In this document: piece by piece, positions 1 through 12,357 of the stretch
How the letters are laid out: every line of letters starts with the position of its first letter
How positions within the stretch are numbered: position 1 is the first letter of the stretch
DNA from: Candidatus Latescibacterota bacterium
Lineage (GTDB): Bacteria; Latescibacterota; CBDEFO01
Assembly (NCBI GenBank): GCA_965248755.1
Contig: OZ252149.1
Span: forward strand, 4,384,001 to 4,448,000
Reading direction: 5' to 3'
Length of the DNA stretch: 64,000 nt
Notes under the pieces: model-generated
Database searches by the model: none
What the model was told of the DNA's origin: nothing
Seen by the model: the letters and a program-made list of their open reading frames with translations, nothing else
Program-made: the position numbers and the translations under genes

Positions 1-472
1 CGGTAGGGAAAAGCTGGGCCCGACTCCCACTGGCCGCTCTGCGGATCGTAGACATCTACAGCCTCCAGTTGGGTGCCGGTTCACTCCATGGTGTTGCCGC
101 CGATGATGTAGACCTTTCCACGGCAGGAAGCCAACGTCACTCCGGCCCTGGGACCACTGGGGGCAGGGGCCAGAACAGACCAGGTCTGCGTCTCTAGATC
201 CAGCACCTCCAGGGCATCCTGCACGTTCCATCCGTCACCGATGCGCTCTATTTCCTCCTGTGTTCGGATAGTTTTGCCGCAACCCACATAAATCTTGCCA
301 TCCAGCAGGGTGGCTCCGCGCTCTAGCTGTCTGTGGCAACGTCGTAGATTCCTACCACGTGAATCGTCTGAGTGGTGGCGCCGGAGATGGCGTAGATCTT
401 CTCGCCCACCTCTATGGACTGCAAATCGTGCCGCGGCGTCGGCATGGACGCCCGTTGGATCCAGTTTCCCAT
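1..472 (-). pseudogene. Kelch-repeat (beta-propeller) protein pseudogene, runs off the window edge
   Basis: ATG at 472 with GGAGG at 481-485. It reads MGNWIQRASMPTPRHDLQSIEVGEKIYAISG (Kelch), hits an in-frame TAG at 323-325, shifts frame to ATLLDGKIYVGCG...GKVYIIGG, hits TGA at 81-83, then continues VDVYDPQSGQW. Confidence 0.75.
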
Positions 473-556
473 TATTCTTTCCTCCATGCCGGCGCGTCAC
501 ATGATCCGAACCACGCCCAGTCGAGCTTCGTGGCCGGCATCTTGAGTTCGTATTCA

Positions 557-1430
557 CTGACATTCCCCATATGAAATTCATGAGGCGCTAAATTTCGATA
601 GACCCTTGTTTGTAAGTGAATATAACCGCTTTTATATTCTTGAACAATCACTTTTTTCAATCAAAATAGCATTTCCCTCTGAATTAGCACTTTCTGTGTG
701 TTAAATCTTAAAATTAGGGACATCTCTCCATCTACTCACAACAAAAAGTGGCAGTTTAAGAGAGTGGCATCGCAATAGTTTAATCCGGGATAAAACTTCG
801 GCAAATAACCTGTTGTCTATCCCAACTCCAGCCACCTGCAACGCGATGTATCCGTTGTGCCTGACAATTTTCACACGAATCTTGATCAATTTCACAAGGA
901 ACATCAGCAGAGACGACTGTTTGATTCTCCCTGTAAGAATCAACAGCCTCAAAAAGTTTCCAGGATTGTATGCCGGAACAAATAACCAGATCCGCACCTG
1001 ATCCCTTTTTGAACCCACATACTATTGATAGCTGACAGGCTGTCGAGATTTTCCAGCTGAGCCAGTATCTCCGTTTCAAAACCTCCTATCGTATTGGCTT
1101 TGGCCGCATGCTTGCCCTTGTCCTTCTTTCCGGTAATCGCTCGCATGACCGGGTCAACTGATAAACTCTGAGCATAATTGACTTCTTCATATCCAGCAAG
1201 ACGGCTGTAATCGATTAATGCACCAATGTGGCCATATCATGGTGGCCATATTATGTTGGATATTACGTCCAGTTCGTAAATCGCTAAGAGAGAGTAGATA
1301 CCGAGTCGAACAATCCTAAAACGTCATCAAGGTTACGATACGCAAGAATGCCACCCTCACATGTAACCTTCGAACCATGAAATTCAAGATTAGTACTTCC
1401 ATCAAATCCCATATTCATCGTTTCACTTCC
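557..1430 (-). mobile_element. IS1380-family element remnant; transposase internally deleted and frameshifted
   Basis: The minus strand gives the N-terminal motifs FDGSTNLEFHGSKVTCEGGILAYRNLDDVLGL, RTGRNIQH and SRLAGYEEVNYAQSLSVDPVMRAITG...GGFETE. These join near 1000 to the C-terminal motif AYNPGNFLR...KLIKIRVKIVRH...LQVA. A probable element end ATGGGGAATGTCAG lies at 557-570; the other end was not located. Confidence 0.8.
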
Positions 1431-1547
1431 TGAATGATCAATGTTTATCCGCAATTTTGTGAGTGTTATTTATTGTAATATAATATGTTGTGCAAACATT
1501 GACAACCGTGCTTAGAGCTTAATATGGCGAATGAAGGGTAATATTTC

Positions 1548-1576
1548 TTGACTAAAGTTATGGATGAATGTATCTT
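1548..1576 (+). promoter_or_regulatory. Putative sigma70 promoter upstream of the PhyH/TPP-enzyme genes
   Basis: TTGACT-17 bp-TATCTT. Confidence 0.4.
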
Positions 1577-1847
1577 ATATGACTGTACGGGGAGCTATTC
1601 TGATGGGTAGACTCCATAGCGCGGCAAAGGTGAGACGGACAATGCTGGCGTTTTCGATTTAGGTCTGGCCGCGAACGAACATGAGGGGATTCAGGAGTCC
1701 TAATTACGTTTCATGACCTGTAGATCCTGAGTGGAGACTACGGTCTGGAGACTACGGTGATGACTACAGAGAGTGAAAGCTCTGAGCCTGAACAACGTCG
1801 GGCTGTGAGGAGGCGTAGGTCAGGTTTTTCGGATAAGGAGATGCAGC

Positions 1848-2726
1848 ATGCAAAGTAATGTCAAGCTGGATATAGAAGACGAAGAAATTGGTTTTATGAA
1901 CGTCGACCAGACCGACTTCAGTTCGTTCACCCTGGGTGAGCGTATTCGACACGTTGAGGTAGAGGGCTACGTCGTTCTACCCGATACACTCGACAGGCGG
2001 CAGATTGCAAGACTCAAGTCCGAACTTGCCGATATTCCAATGCAACATAAGGATTATAGCGTAGCTCAGACTGTGTCTGAGGATCCTCCACAGTGGCAGA
2101 GTCGCGCCGTTGCAGAGCTGATCGGGCATCCGCCGGTTATCCAGTTTCTCAGGGAACTGATGGGCACGGATATTGTGTTTACACGAGGAGTATTTCAACG
2201 CACGAATCACGGCTCCCCAGGGATCTCTATGCACACAGACGGACAGCCCTTTGGGTCGTCAATCTTTGACTACGAGGGCAGTTCGCCCCGGCTGCTGCGG
2301 GTCCTCTATTACCTCGACGACCTCATACCTGAACGGGCGCCCTTTCGGCTCGTGCCTCGTTCGCACCTGTCCTTCCATGCAGAAGCGAACCCGTACCTCC
2401 GATACAAGTCGCACCCGGAGGAGATCACCCTTTGCCTGAAGGCAGGATCAGCCCTTATCATCCCTAAAGACCTCTTCCACGGGACACATCCGAACAACGA
2501 CACCTCCTCCAGGTCGATGATTCAGTTCGGCTACCGGCCAGGCTGGTCCGGGCCGATCCAACCTATGGAGGAGTGGGACCCGGAGTTAGTGGCTGCAGCA
2601 CCCGAGCAGGCCAAGCCGTTCTTGCAGAGTCTCAACAAGACGGGCGGTGTGTGGAAGCTGGAGAATAAGCCAAAGGGCATGGCGTCAAACGCTCCCGGGA
2701 TCGACCCGCATCGCTGGGGAGACTGA
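1848..2726 (+). CDS. Phytanoyl-CoA dioxygenase (PhyH) family Fe(II)/2-oxoglutarate oxygenase
   Basis: HxD motif (MHTDG), YLDD...PFRLVPRSH, distal His (LFHGTH) and Arg (SSRSM); RBS AAGGAG. Confidence 0.85.
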   Translation: MQSNVKLDIEDEEIGFMNVDQTDFSSFTLGERIRHVEVEGYVVLPDTLDRRQIARLKSELADIPMQHKDYSVAQTVSEDPPQWQSRAVAELIGHPPVIQFLRELMGTDIVFTRGVFQRTNHGSPGISMHTDGQPFGSSIFDYEGSSPRLLRVLYYLDDLIPERAPFRLVPRSHLSFHAEANPYLRYKSHPEEITLCLKAGSALIIPKDLFHGTHPNNDTSSRSMIQFGYRPGWSGPIQPMEEWDPELVAAAPEQAKPFLQSLNKTGGVWKLENKPKGMASNAPGIDPHRWGD

Positions 2727-2810
2727 GGGCATGAGGTGTAAGCCACTTCGGAGAACAAAAACTCAAATTCTCAGTATCCTGAGCGCTTTACGCTTCAAGG
2801 AGAATATCGT

Positions 2811-4427
2811 ATGAAACTGGCAGAGTTGATTATTGTCGAGGCAAGAGAGCGCGGTTTGCGACATTTCTTCGGTCTTCCCGGCGGCGGTTCTCCCTTGGAT
2901 ATTATGGACTCCGGCCGGCGTCTCGGCGTCGAATTTGTTAGCGTTGCGCACGAATCTTCCGCAGCGATCATGGCTGCATATTACGGAATCATGAAGGACA
3001 CAGCGGGGCTGGCTTTGGCTGTGAAGGGTATTGGGGCAGGCAATCTTGCCGGCGGTGCCGTAAATACGTATTTTGAACGTGCGCCTGTCGTATGTCTTTG
3101 TGAGTCCTCACCGACTCACGTGACTCAACGAGAGCTGGTACAGCACTACCAGCATGCCGAGCTGTTCGGTGCCGTTGTGAAGTTCCAGGACACCTTGACC
3201 CCCGATGCGGCTGCGGCTTGTCTTCAGGAAGCTGTGTTTCACGCTACGGACGGACGACCTGGGCCGGTCCTTTTAAATCTTCCCTCGGATTTGGGACAGG
3301 CAGAGTGCACTGATCCCCTGCCCGCAGTCTCTTCACCAGCGCCGCATCCACCGGACAGGGCCATGCTTGCCGACGCTTTAGAATTCATTCAAAGCTCTGG
3401 ACGACCGGTAGTAATCGCCGGTTCGGATGTCGTGCGCGCTGGAGCGACGCCGGAGTTGTTGGACCTGGTCGAGAACATCGGCGCAGCGGTTCTTGTCAAC
3501 ATGGATGCCCGCGGTGTCTTTCCTGAATCTCACCCTCGCTGGGCGGGAGTGTTCGTGGGCAATTTTAGCCCCAATATCGTCGAAACCGAAATCATTAGCC
3601 AAGCGGACACGGTGCTGCTGGTCGGGGCAGATGCCATGATGTCGCACACTCCCTGGAACAGCGAACTTTCCACTTGTGAGTTAGTGGCCCGACCCGAATA
3701 TGAGACGTTGTCGGAAAATCCTAAGGTGCGTGTGAACGGGGATCTGAAGGCTGCACTCACAAGCCTGTTGTCGCATAATCAGCAAGGCTTTTTCCAGAAC
3801 CAGATCCAGACGACACGCCGGAAGATACTGCAGAACTTCAAGAGGCCGGGGCAGGCCCGACTAGCAGCCCAGGACATCATTGAAATCACACGCGCCGTCC
3901 TTCCGGCGGAATGCGCTCTATTTTCGGAGACAGGTGTTTACATCCCCATGCTCGAGCATCTATGGACGGTGGTTCGACCCGAAACCTACTGGGGCACAGC
4001 AGGAGGGCGGACCATGGGACTGATGGTGCCTGCCATATTGGGAGCAAAGCTGGCAAGGCCCGAAGTTCCTATGGTGGGCATCGGTGCAGACGGCAGCATG
4101 TTGATGCGCCTTGGGGAACTGGAGGTTTTTGCACGCACCGGTGTAGCGGTGCCGCTAATAATTATCAATGACCGGGCCTTAGGCACGATGAAGTCACGAC
4201 AGAAATCTCGCGGCATGCACGAATACGGATTGGACCTCTGCTCCGTCGATTTTGCCGAAATTGCCACGGCGTGCGGTCTGATAGGCGTGCAGGTGGACGC
4301 CCCCGAACAGTTCGAAAAGGAGCTGAAGCGCGCACTGGAGGCAGATCGGACCACGCTCATCGACGCGCGGGTGGATCCTCTGGCTTACCAAGACAGCTTT
4401 GGCCCAACGATCGGTGTTCTTGCTTGA
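2811..4427 (+). CDS. Thiamine pyrophosphate-dependent enzyme (acetolactate synthase large subunit-like)
   Basis: FGLPGG, HESSAAIMA, GRPGPVLLNLP, TPP-binding GADGS...IIIND motif; 538 aa. Confidence 0.85.
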   Translation: MKLAELIIVEARERGLRHFFGLPGGGSPLDIMDSGRRLGVEFVSVAHESSAAIMAAYYGIMKDTAGLALAVKGIGAGNLAGGAVNTYFERAPVVCLCESSPTHVTQRELVQHYQHAELFGAVVKFQDTLTPDAAAACLQEAVFHATDGRPGPVLLNLPSDLGQAECTDPLPAVSSPAPHPPDRAMLADALEFIQSSGRPVVIAGSDVVRAGATPELLDLVENIGAAVLVNMDARGVFPESHPRWAGVFVGNFSPNIVETEIISQADTVLLVGADAMMSHTPWNSELSTCELVARPEYETLSENPKVRVNGDLKAALTSLLSHNQQGFFQNQIQTTRRKILQNFKRPGQARLAAQDIIEITRAVLPAECALFSETGVYIPMLEHLWTVVRPETYWGTAGGRTMGLMVPAILGAKLARPEVPMVGIGADGSMLMRLGELEVFARTGVAVPLIIINDRALGTMKSRQKSRGMHEYGLDLCSVDFAEIATACGLIGVQVDAPEQFEKELKRALEADRTTLIDARVDPLAYQDSFGPTIGVLA

Positions 4428-4644
4428 CTCAATGAACCACGTAAGAACGCTCGAATCTTCTGAGTTGGCCCATTCGAATCTTACGCAAGACCGGATATGA
4501 CTATCCAGGGCAAATATTGTGGAGATGACTTATAGAGATCCAAAATAGTAGGCAGCATATACGGAAAACTTACCTAAGCTAGCTTGCTGTCTAATTATAT
4601 TCGAGAAGTTCTGTCAATCCATTTAGTTTCATGGAGATGTGAAC

Positions 4645-6213
4645 ATGAGTGCACACAAAAAGTATCGGCGCGTATTGTGCAACGACGACGGATGGATAAT
4701 GGGCACATCTGAGCCTCCGCTGAGCGTAGACCAGATTAGGGACAAGATGATCTCGCCCTGCGAAGGGACACCGGTGGACACCTTTCTGTGGTCGATAGGA
4801 GGCCATGAGGTCTACCACTACGAGACCGAAGTCGGAGAACTATCTGGTGAGGGCTATGAAGATCTCAACCCACGAGGTAAAACGAAGCATCAAAACCTTC
4901 GGCACATGATAAAGGAGAACGGGGGGCCAGTAACGGTCATCGCGGATTTGTGCCACGCTGCGGGATTGAGCTTCTTTCCATCAGTGAGGATGAACACACA
5001 CTACGATATTGAGGAGTCATCTCCAGACTACGGCCGGCTCAGAGGAGAACACCCGGAGTTACTCATCGGACGTCCCGGAGAGGAGATACCGGACGGGAGC
5101 CTCGAATGGGGCATCAGGACAGGTCTCAATTACGCGTTCCCCGAAGTGCGAGCTCACATGACCAAGATCATCTTCGAGCTGTTCGAGCGTTTCGACGTGG
5201 ACGGTATAGAGCTGGACTTCATGCGCCATCCGGCCTTCTTCAGGATGGAAGAGGCATACGCCAACCGTTACCTGATGACGGACATGATAGATCACATACA
5301 CCAGAGGATGAACCAGGTTGGCGCCCGGAGGGGAAAGCACCTCGAACTGGCGGTGAGGGTCCCACCGACGCTGGCCGACTCTAAGAGGATAGGACTCGAT
5401 GCCGAAGTATGGATCAAAGAAGGGCTCATAGACATACTCATCGCGGGTGGAGGGTTCATCCCGTTCCAGATGCCCATCTCAGAGTTTGTGGAGGCAGCCA
5501 GGGACACCGATTGCCAGGTATGCGGATGCTTCGAGGCGCTCAGGCCGTTTGTGGATGAGGAATTACTCAGGGCTGCAGCCGCTCGGTACTGGAGGGCAGG
5601 TGTCGATGGAATCTATCTCTTTAACTACTTCAGCATGTCAAACGAGTGGAGACGCAGTGTCCTGGCCCAGATGGCCGACCCGGATGCGCTGGTGCTTACT
5701 GACAAGCTCTATGAACTGGACTGTTCTGATAGGGACAGGCCGACTACCCAGCTCTGGCATTCGTTCCGGAACGCAATTCCTTTCGTTCAGCTGCCCGTTA
5801 CCTTAGAGGAGACCCTTGCCGAGCGCGGCACGATCCTCAGCATGGACATCGCCGACAACTTAGAGATGGCCTTCGCCGATGGAACATTAGCTAAATGCAT
5901 CCTCGCGCTTCGGTTTGACGACATTGTGGATGGAGACGAGATAGAGGTAAGTCTCAACCAGGTATCGGTCCCATGGGAATCAGGTAAGATTCCCTCAAAT
6001 GGCTGGAGTCGCCGGGTGTATGACCTAAATCAATATCCAGCTACGCTGAAAGAGACCGCTGTGGAAGGTGACTGCATCGAGTTTGAAATAGCCGCTCCTC
6101 CGCTTAAACAGGGGGTAAACGAGCTTGAGGTACGCCTGGTCAAGCCCGCCTCGGAGCGTACACAGCCGGTAGTCCTTGAAGGTGTAAGGTTGTCAATTCC
6201 CTACAGAAGATAA
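4645..6213 (+). CDS. Glycosyl hydrolase-like family 10 (GHL10) TIM-barrel protein
   Basis: NDDG N-terminus, SVRMN, LNYAFPEVR, DVDGIELDFMRHP, GVDGIYLFNY. Confidence 0.7.
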   Translation: MSAHKKYRRVLCNDDGWIMGTSEPPLSVDQIRDKMISPCEGTPVDTFLWSIGGHEVYHYETEVGELSGEGYEDLNPRGKTKHQNLRHMIKENGGPVTVIADLCHAAGLSFFPSVRMNTHYDIEESSPDYGRLRGEHPELLIGRPGEEIPDGSLEWGIRTGLNYAFPEVRAHMTKIIFELFERFDVDGIELDFMRHPAFFRMEEAYANRYLMTDMIDHIHQRMNQVGARRGKHLELAVRVPPTLADSKRIGLDAEVWIKEGLIDILIAGGGFIPFQMPISEFVEAARDTDCQVCGCFEALRPFVDEELLRAAAARYWRAGVDGIYLFNYFSMSNEWRRSVLAQMADPDALVLTDKLYELDCSDRDRPTTQLWHSFRNAIPFVQLPVTLEETLAERGTILSMDIADNLEMAFADGTLAKCILALRFDDIVDGDEIEVSLNQVSVPWESGKIPSNGWSRRVYDLNQYPATLKETAVEGDCIEFEIAAPPLKQGVNELEVRLVKPASERTQPVVLEGVRLSIPYRR

Positions 6214-6281
6214 TCGTCCAGTTTACCTCGTCGAACTATCCAACACGACAGGCAGCAGGAACCCCGGAAGGGCCTTCTTTC

Positions 6282-7275
6282 TCATGAACTTCGCTCTGAT
6301 CTCATCTCCTCGATGAAACGCACGGCATTCCCTGAGAAGTTATCCTCGATCTCCTCTTGAGTCAATCCTAAAATGTTCGCCACCTGCTGCTCCAGGCGCA
6401 ACTGCTCGTAAATCACAAACGTCGGTGTGGTATCACAGTGAGGAAGTTCGGACCCCCCCCGAAATACTCCCAGGCTCGGCCAGGGGTAATCTACTTGCAG
6501 CGAGCACACCCGGCCACGATGTTGTTCGAGACGAACATCACCTGTTTTCAATCCTCTTGTTTCATCAGCAGATAGTACGAGTATATCTCGTTCACGGCCG
6601 AAGCGACGTACCTGATATTCGGCATGTCTCTTGAGTACGTGGATCGACTCCTCCGTAATGAAGGCGTTGAAGGACCGGGCACAGTGCGCCAGGATCCATT
6701 GGGCCTTCGGGTACTCTTTGGTGTAGTACTGCAGGTCTTCAAGTTTTCGGGATCAGCAGCCCCGGTTTTCTTGGAAAGATGCATGGTGATCGCCAGCCCC
6801 ATGTCGTGCGCTACCTCGATGAAGGACTCGTGCAGGAAGTCCTGAATCCGATAATTGATCGGATCGGGGGCAAAGAAACGATAGGGCTTTAATCCAAAGA
6901 AGTTGTACTTTCTTACTTGAGCGGCGACGTAGTCAGGCGTTATATCCGGTGTGACCATCATGTTGACCTCGCATTGAGTATCCTCCGCCATCTGTGCCGC
7001 CATCCAATTGTTGTGGCCCTCTAGATCCATTCCCGGAATCGGGCTCCCCAGGACCAGGTAGTGCATCTCGCGATCGGGATATAGTTTTGCCGCCCAGGCC
7101 AGGTACTCCTGATAAGCGATCTCCATCGCATACCTGGGCGAGGGCCTTTTAGTGCTCCTGTATGTGCCTCGGCACTGATGTGGGTGTGCATGTCGTAGAT
7201 CACAGGGGGCACAAAGTTCTCCAATTCCTTTTCCCAGATATCGCGGTCCAAGCTTCGGTAATCAATAGTTCCCAT
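6282..7275 (-). pseudogene. Amidohydrolase-family protein pseudogene (several frameshifts)
   Basis: Three consecutive ORF fragments: IYDMHTH; GLKPYR...ITMH; and the C-terminal EIEDNFSGNAVR. Confidence 0.75.
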
Positions 7276-7559
7276 AAATTTTCACTCACATATATGTAGC
7301 ATCAAGCCCATTCAACCGCGGCGGTCACGATAGGTTGCGCTATCTAATTGTCGCTGTTGTTGAGCAACTGATGCTTGGTTTTGTATGGTAGATATGCGGC
7401 ATCTCCCTCTTTAAACTGCTTAGGACTCACCATGCCCTTCATAAAGTATTACCATGGACCTTCCCAATTCTGGAAGGATCATTCGAAGAAAGTGAGAAAT
7501 CAGTGGTAGCACACCTGCTTCGGCTGCAATGCCTGATGCAAAAACAAAGAGCCTGCAAT

Positions 7560-7842
7560 CAGGGCAATTTAGTTTCTTTCGGAGGTAAGAGAGTACTGAT
7601 GGAACGCTATGCAGAGACGAGGGCACTCCGGCCCTTAGGGTTTATTCGCAGATCTCCTCCCATCTGGGGTGGCAGGAGATTACGTAATGCTCACTGCGCC
7701 TCGCCCTAGGGTGCGGTAGCCAATCCCTGCATTGGATAGGTGTATTCAAATCAACCTAGGGGACAGCTCAGACCTGCCGCTAGGTCTTGATAGGTCGCTT
7801 GTATTCTACCGAACCAACGCTACTAAAAATTAAATAGCCCTG
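7560..7842. mobile_element. Putative MITE, copy 1 (283 bp, 16-bp terminal inverted repeats)
   Basis: CAGGGCAATTTAGTTT (7560-7575) and AAATTAAATAGCCCTG (7827-7842) are 14/16 complementary; collinear homology with 43129-43341. Confidence 0.6.
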
Positions 7843-7859
7843 CTTGACATCTTGCAGTA

Positions 7860-7888
7860 TTGACAAACAGATAGGAAAAGTTTATATT
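7860..7888 (+). promoter_or_regulatory. Putative sigma70 promoter of coaX
   Basis: TTGACA-17 bp-TATATT. Confidence 0.55.
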
Positions 7889-8074
7889 CTCAAATAACTC
7901 AGATGGTCATAGAAGATGCTGGTGGACTACGGAAGTTACTGAAATATCCAGGTGTTTCAGGTAAGTTTTCTTCAAGGACTTTCAGAAGGGCAATTATATG
8001 CCAGTATTTGCGCGGGAACGTCTAACTATCCTAAAGGAGAGCGGCTTGGCTCCATAAGTGGCTTAGAGAATACG

Positions 8075-8848
8075 ATGCTTGTGGCGGTAGACGTAGGAAA
8101 TTCAAATGTCTCGGTGGGGGTTTTTGCCGGGGACTTTCTTGAAGGGAGTTGGAAGTTTCCTGCTGATCAGAATCGGTCTGTGGAAGAATATGTTCATGAT
8201 ATATTGGTCGCCTTCAGGGACAGCGGAGTGTGTTGGGGAAGCGTAAAGCACACGGTTATATCCTCCGTCGTCAGCGAAATGGCGGATAAGTTCGTCGCAG
8301 TCTCCGGTGAACTTTTCGGGAAGGACGGGATCGTAGCTTCTACCCATATGGATCTTGGGTTAGAAATTGACCTTAAATGTCCTGAAGGCGTGGGTATAGA
8401 CAGGCTCCTTGAGGCATCTGCTGCCTACGAATTATACAAAGGACCGTGTGTAGTTGTGGACGTCGGAACAGCTATAACTGTAGATGCCGTGTCTGTGGAT
8501 GGTAAGTTCTTAGGGGGGGCTATAGCGCCGGGCTTGAAGATGTCTCTAAAGGCTCTCTCCAAAGGAACGAGCCTGCTCCCGTGGGTCGAGTTGAGCAAGC
8601 CTGATTCTGTGATAGGTAAAGATAGCCCCCATTGCATGCGATCGGGAGTAGTATATGGCTCTGTGGGACTGATAGATGGACTTGTAGAGAAAATGAAGGA
8701 AATATTAGGACAGGGGACCAAGGTGATAGCCACTGGGGGGGATGCTGAACTCATATCTGGGGAATTGAAATCGATTCAAGAAGTAGATCTATGTTTAGTC
8801 CTAAAAGGATTAAGGTCTGCCTATATAAGAAATTGGGGGACAATATGA
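8075..8848 (+). CDS. coaX: Type III pantothenate kinase
   Basis: MLVAVDVGNS, GIDR, VVDVGTAITVDAV, GGAIAPG, IATGG; start moved to ATG 8075 to match the family N-terminus. Confidence 0.93.
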   Translation: MLVAVDVGNSNVSVGVFAGDFLEGSWKFPADQNRSVEEYVHDILVAFRDSGVCWGSVKHTVISSVVSEMADKFVAVSGELFGKDGIVASTHMDLGLEIDLKCPEGVGIDRLLEASAAYELYKGPCVVVDVGTAITVDAVSVDGKFLGGAIAPGLKMSLKALSKGTSLLPWVELSKPDSVIGKDSPHCMRSGVVYGSVGLIDGLVEKMKEILGQGTKVIATGGDAELISGELKSIQEVDLCLVLKGLRSAYIRNWGTI

Positions 8849-8945
8849 AAGCAGTAGAAAGTTAAGAGTACAGAGCATAGGGGGAAACCCTGTTTAGAAA
8901 CTATTGCCTACTTATAATAACGCAGCCGACCAGGAGGATAAGAAT

Positions 8946-9551
8946 ATGTCACAGGAGAGTCTAGCAGATAGCTATTTGGAGGAAATCTTGGGGGACATAT
9001 ATCCGAAAGTTGAGACTTTGAAGGACGGTACTGAAATTACCGTAAAGTTATTAGAGAGCGGGGATAAGGAGGAGCTTGTGGAGTTTTTCCGTCATATTCA
9101 GGCCAGAGACAGGATGTTCCTCAAGGACGATGTTACAGATGAGTCCGTTATTCAAGGATGGTGTACAAATATAGACCTCGGGAGAGTTATCCCTTTAGTG
9201 GCGAAGACAGAAGGAAAGATTGTAGCCGACGCTACACTCCATCATCAAAAGATGGGCTGGATGAGGCGCGTGGGACAGGTTCGGGTCGTAGTGCATTCTG
9301 ACTATAGGCGTCGCGGCTTATCGGCTCTGCTGTTGAGTGAGTTGTCGGACATAGCCCTGCACGCCGGACTGGACAGGTTAAACGCCGAATGTATGATAGA
9401 ACAGCATGGGGCTATTCAGATGTTTCTGGATATAGGTTATATTCAGGCGGCAACGCTCGCGGACCAGGTCATAGACCTAAGAGGACAGCCTCACGATCTG
9501 GTGATATTGGTAAACGATCTAAGGGATAGGGAATATCCCGAATTGGATTAA
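8946..9551 (+). CDS. GNAT family N-acetyltransferase
   Basis: TLKDGTEITVK N-terminus and VHSDYRRRGLS acetyl-CoA motif; RBS AGGAGG before ATG 8946. Confidence 0.85.
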   Translation: MSQESLADSYLEEILGDIYPKVETLKDGTEITVKLLESGDKEELVEFFRHIQARDRMFLKDDVTDESVIQGWCTNIDLGRVIPLVAKTEGKIVADATLHHQKMGWMRRVGQVRVVVHSDYRRRGLSALLLSELSDIALHAGLDRLNAECMIEQHGAIQMFLDIGYIQAATLADQVIDLRGQPHDLVILVNDLRDREYPELD

Positions 9552-9705
9552 AATTATAAAGAGTGTTAAAAGCTTGACTCTCTGTACCCTGAAAATGTAG
9601 CCAGTTTAGTAGGAGTTTTTTATTTTTTGGTGCTGAATTAGACAAAGAACATTTATTTTATATGCTTTCTCAAAGTCCAAAGCGTTACCGAGAAAGAGGA
9701 TCCAA

Positions 9706-10152
9706 ATGAGCCGAAAATAATCGTAGCAATCCTGCTGAGTATCTTGTTGCATACCGCATGTAGTTCTACAAAACCCCTTGCAAGCTTTATAAGCGCCTTT
9801 GACGAGCCTGGGATATGGCAAACTGTTGAGATTTGAGAAGGGCTGAAGAAGGAAGTTTTATGGCAAATAGTATCGGATGGCTTAACTCAAAAAGTTGACC
9901 TGAAGGTGATCGACAAAGATAGTGGTTAGATACGTACTTCGTGAAAGTACAGTTACAGCGCTATAGGAAGGATCAATGAAAAATATAGAACGCGTGTATC
10001 CTCAAATTGATGGGCAAGGACGGGAAAATCTTTCAGTCCAGTCGGAGGCTAATTGGCTGAGTAAGGGTGGATCGGTACTTGGGAATGATACAAGGTTGTT
10101 AGAGGATATATACGGTGATCTTCAGGGGAGAATAGGGAGCGTGCGTGGCTAA
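9706..10152 (+). pseudogene. Decayed lipoprotein gene
   Basis: Signal/lipobox-like IIVAILLSILLHTAC. The protein-like frame WQTVEI*EGLKKEVLWQ...DKDSG*IRTS*KY has stops at 9834, 9927 and 9942 plus frameshifts, and ends LLEDIYGDLQGRIGSVRG*. Confidence 0.6.
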
Positions 10153-10231
10153 AACTTCCGTTGCGCATCACTCCCACGTAAGCATTTTCCCTTAATAGAG
10201 AAAGTCCTGATCCTTACCGAGTAAAAAGTTC

Positions 10232-10260
10232 TTGACAGGGAAGGAATTGTTTCATATATT
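10232..10260 (+). promoter_or_regulatory. Sigma70 promoter of groESL
   Basis: TTGACA-17 bp-TATATT immediately before the CIRCE element. Confidence 0.8.
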
Positions 10261-10262
10261 TA

Positions 10263-10289
10263 TTAGCACTCAGATGATAAGAGTGCTAA
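10263..10289 (+). promoter_or_regulatory. CIRCE element (HrcA operator)
   Basis: Perfect TTAGCACTC-N9-GAGTGCTAA. Confidence 0.97.
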
Positions 10290-10347
10290 AATCCTAACGT
10301 AATAAGAGTCTGTTCACAATTACTTATTGGCAGGAGGAGAAAGCAGA

Positions 10348-10638
10348 ATGAAGGTGAAACCACTGGGCGACCGTGTTTTGATTAAGCCCGTTGAAGAAGA
10401 GGAACAGATCAAAGGTGGTATAATTATTCCGGATACTGCAAAGGAGAAGCCTCAAGAAGGAGAAGTCATCGCTGCGGGACCCGGAAGGATCACAGAATCA
10501 GGAGATAAGCTCGCCATGGAGGTAAAAAGTGGCGACAGGGTCCTGTATGGGAAATATTCAGGCACCGAGGTGCGTTTGAACGATGTGGAGCATCTTATTA
10601 TGCCAGAGAGTGATATTTTAGCTGTTATCGAAGATTAG
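10348..10638 (+). CDS. groES: Co-chaperonin GroES
   Basis: [36 protein letters not shown]. Confidence 0.98.
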   Translation: MKVKPLGDRVLIKPVEEEEQIKGGIIIPDTAKEKPQEGEVIAAGPGRITESGDKLAMEVKSGDRVLYGKYSGTEVRLNDVEHLIMPESDILAVIED

Positions 10639-12294
<1,656 letters not shown>

Positions 12295-12320
12295 TAAGAA
12301 GTTGAGGTCAATTCTCTTCG

Positions 12321-12357
12321 AGCCCCCATAGGAACTCCCTGTGGGGGCTTCTTATTG
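12321..12357 (+). terminator. Rho-independent terminator after groEL
   Basis: AGCCCCCATAGG...CCTGTGGGGGCT stem followed by TCTTATT. Confidence 0.8.

Noticed and set aside
1465..1500. dif-like site in the AT-rich stretch
   Set aside because: Lacks a convincing XerD arm (TTATGTTAAAT-like)
1732..1770. Short tandem repeat TGGAGACTACGGT (x2, plus a partial copy)
   Set aside because: Too short and too few copies to assign a function
7952..8074. N-terminal extension of coaX (and similar extensions of groES, GNAT and SDR) in the ORF track
   Set aside because: Artefacts of upstream alternative start codons; family N-termini and/or RBS point to the downstream ATGs
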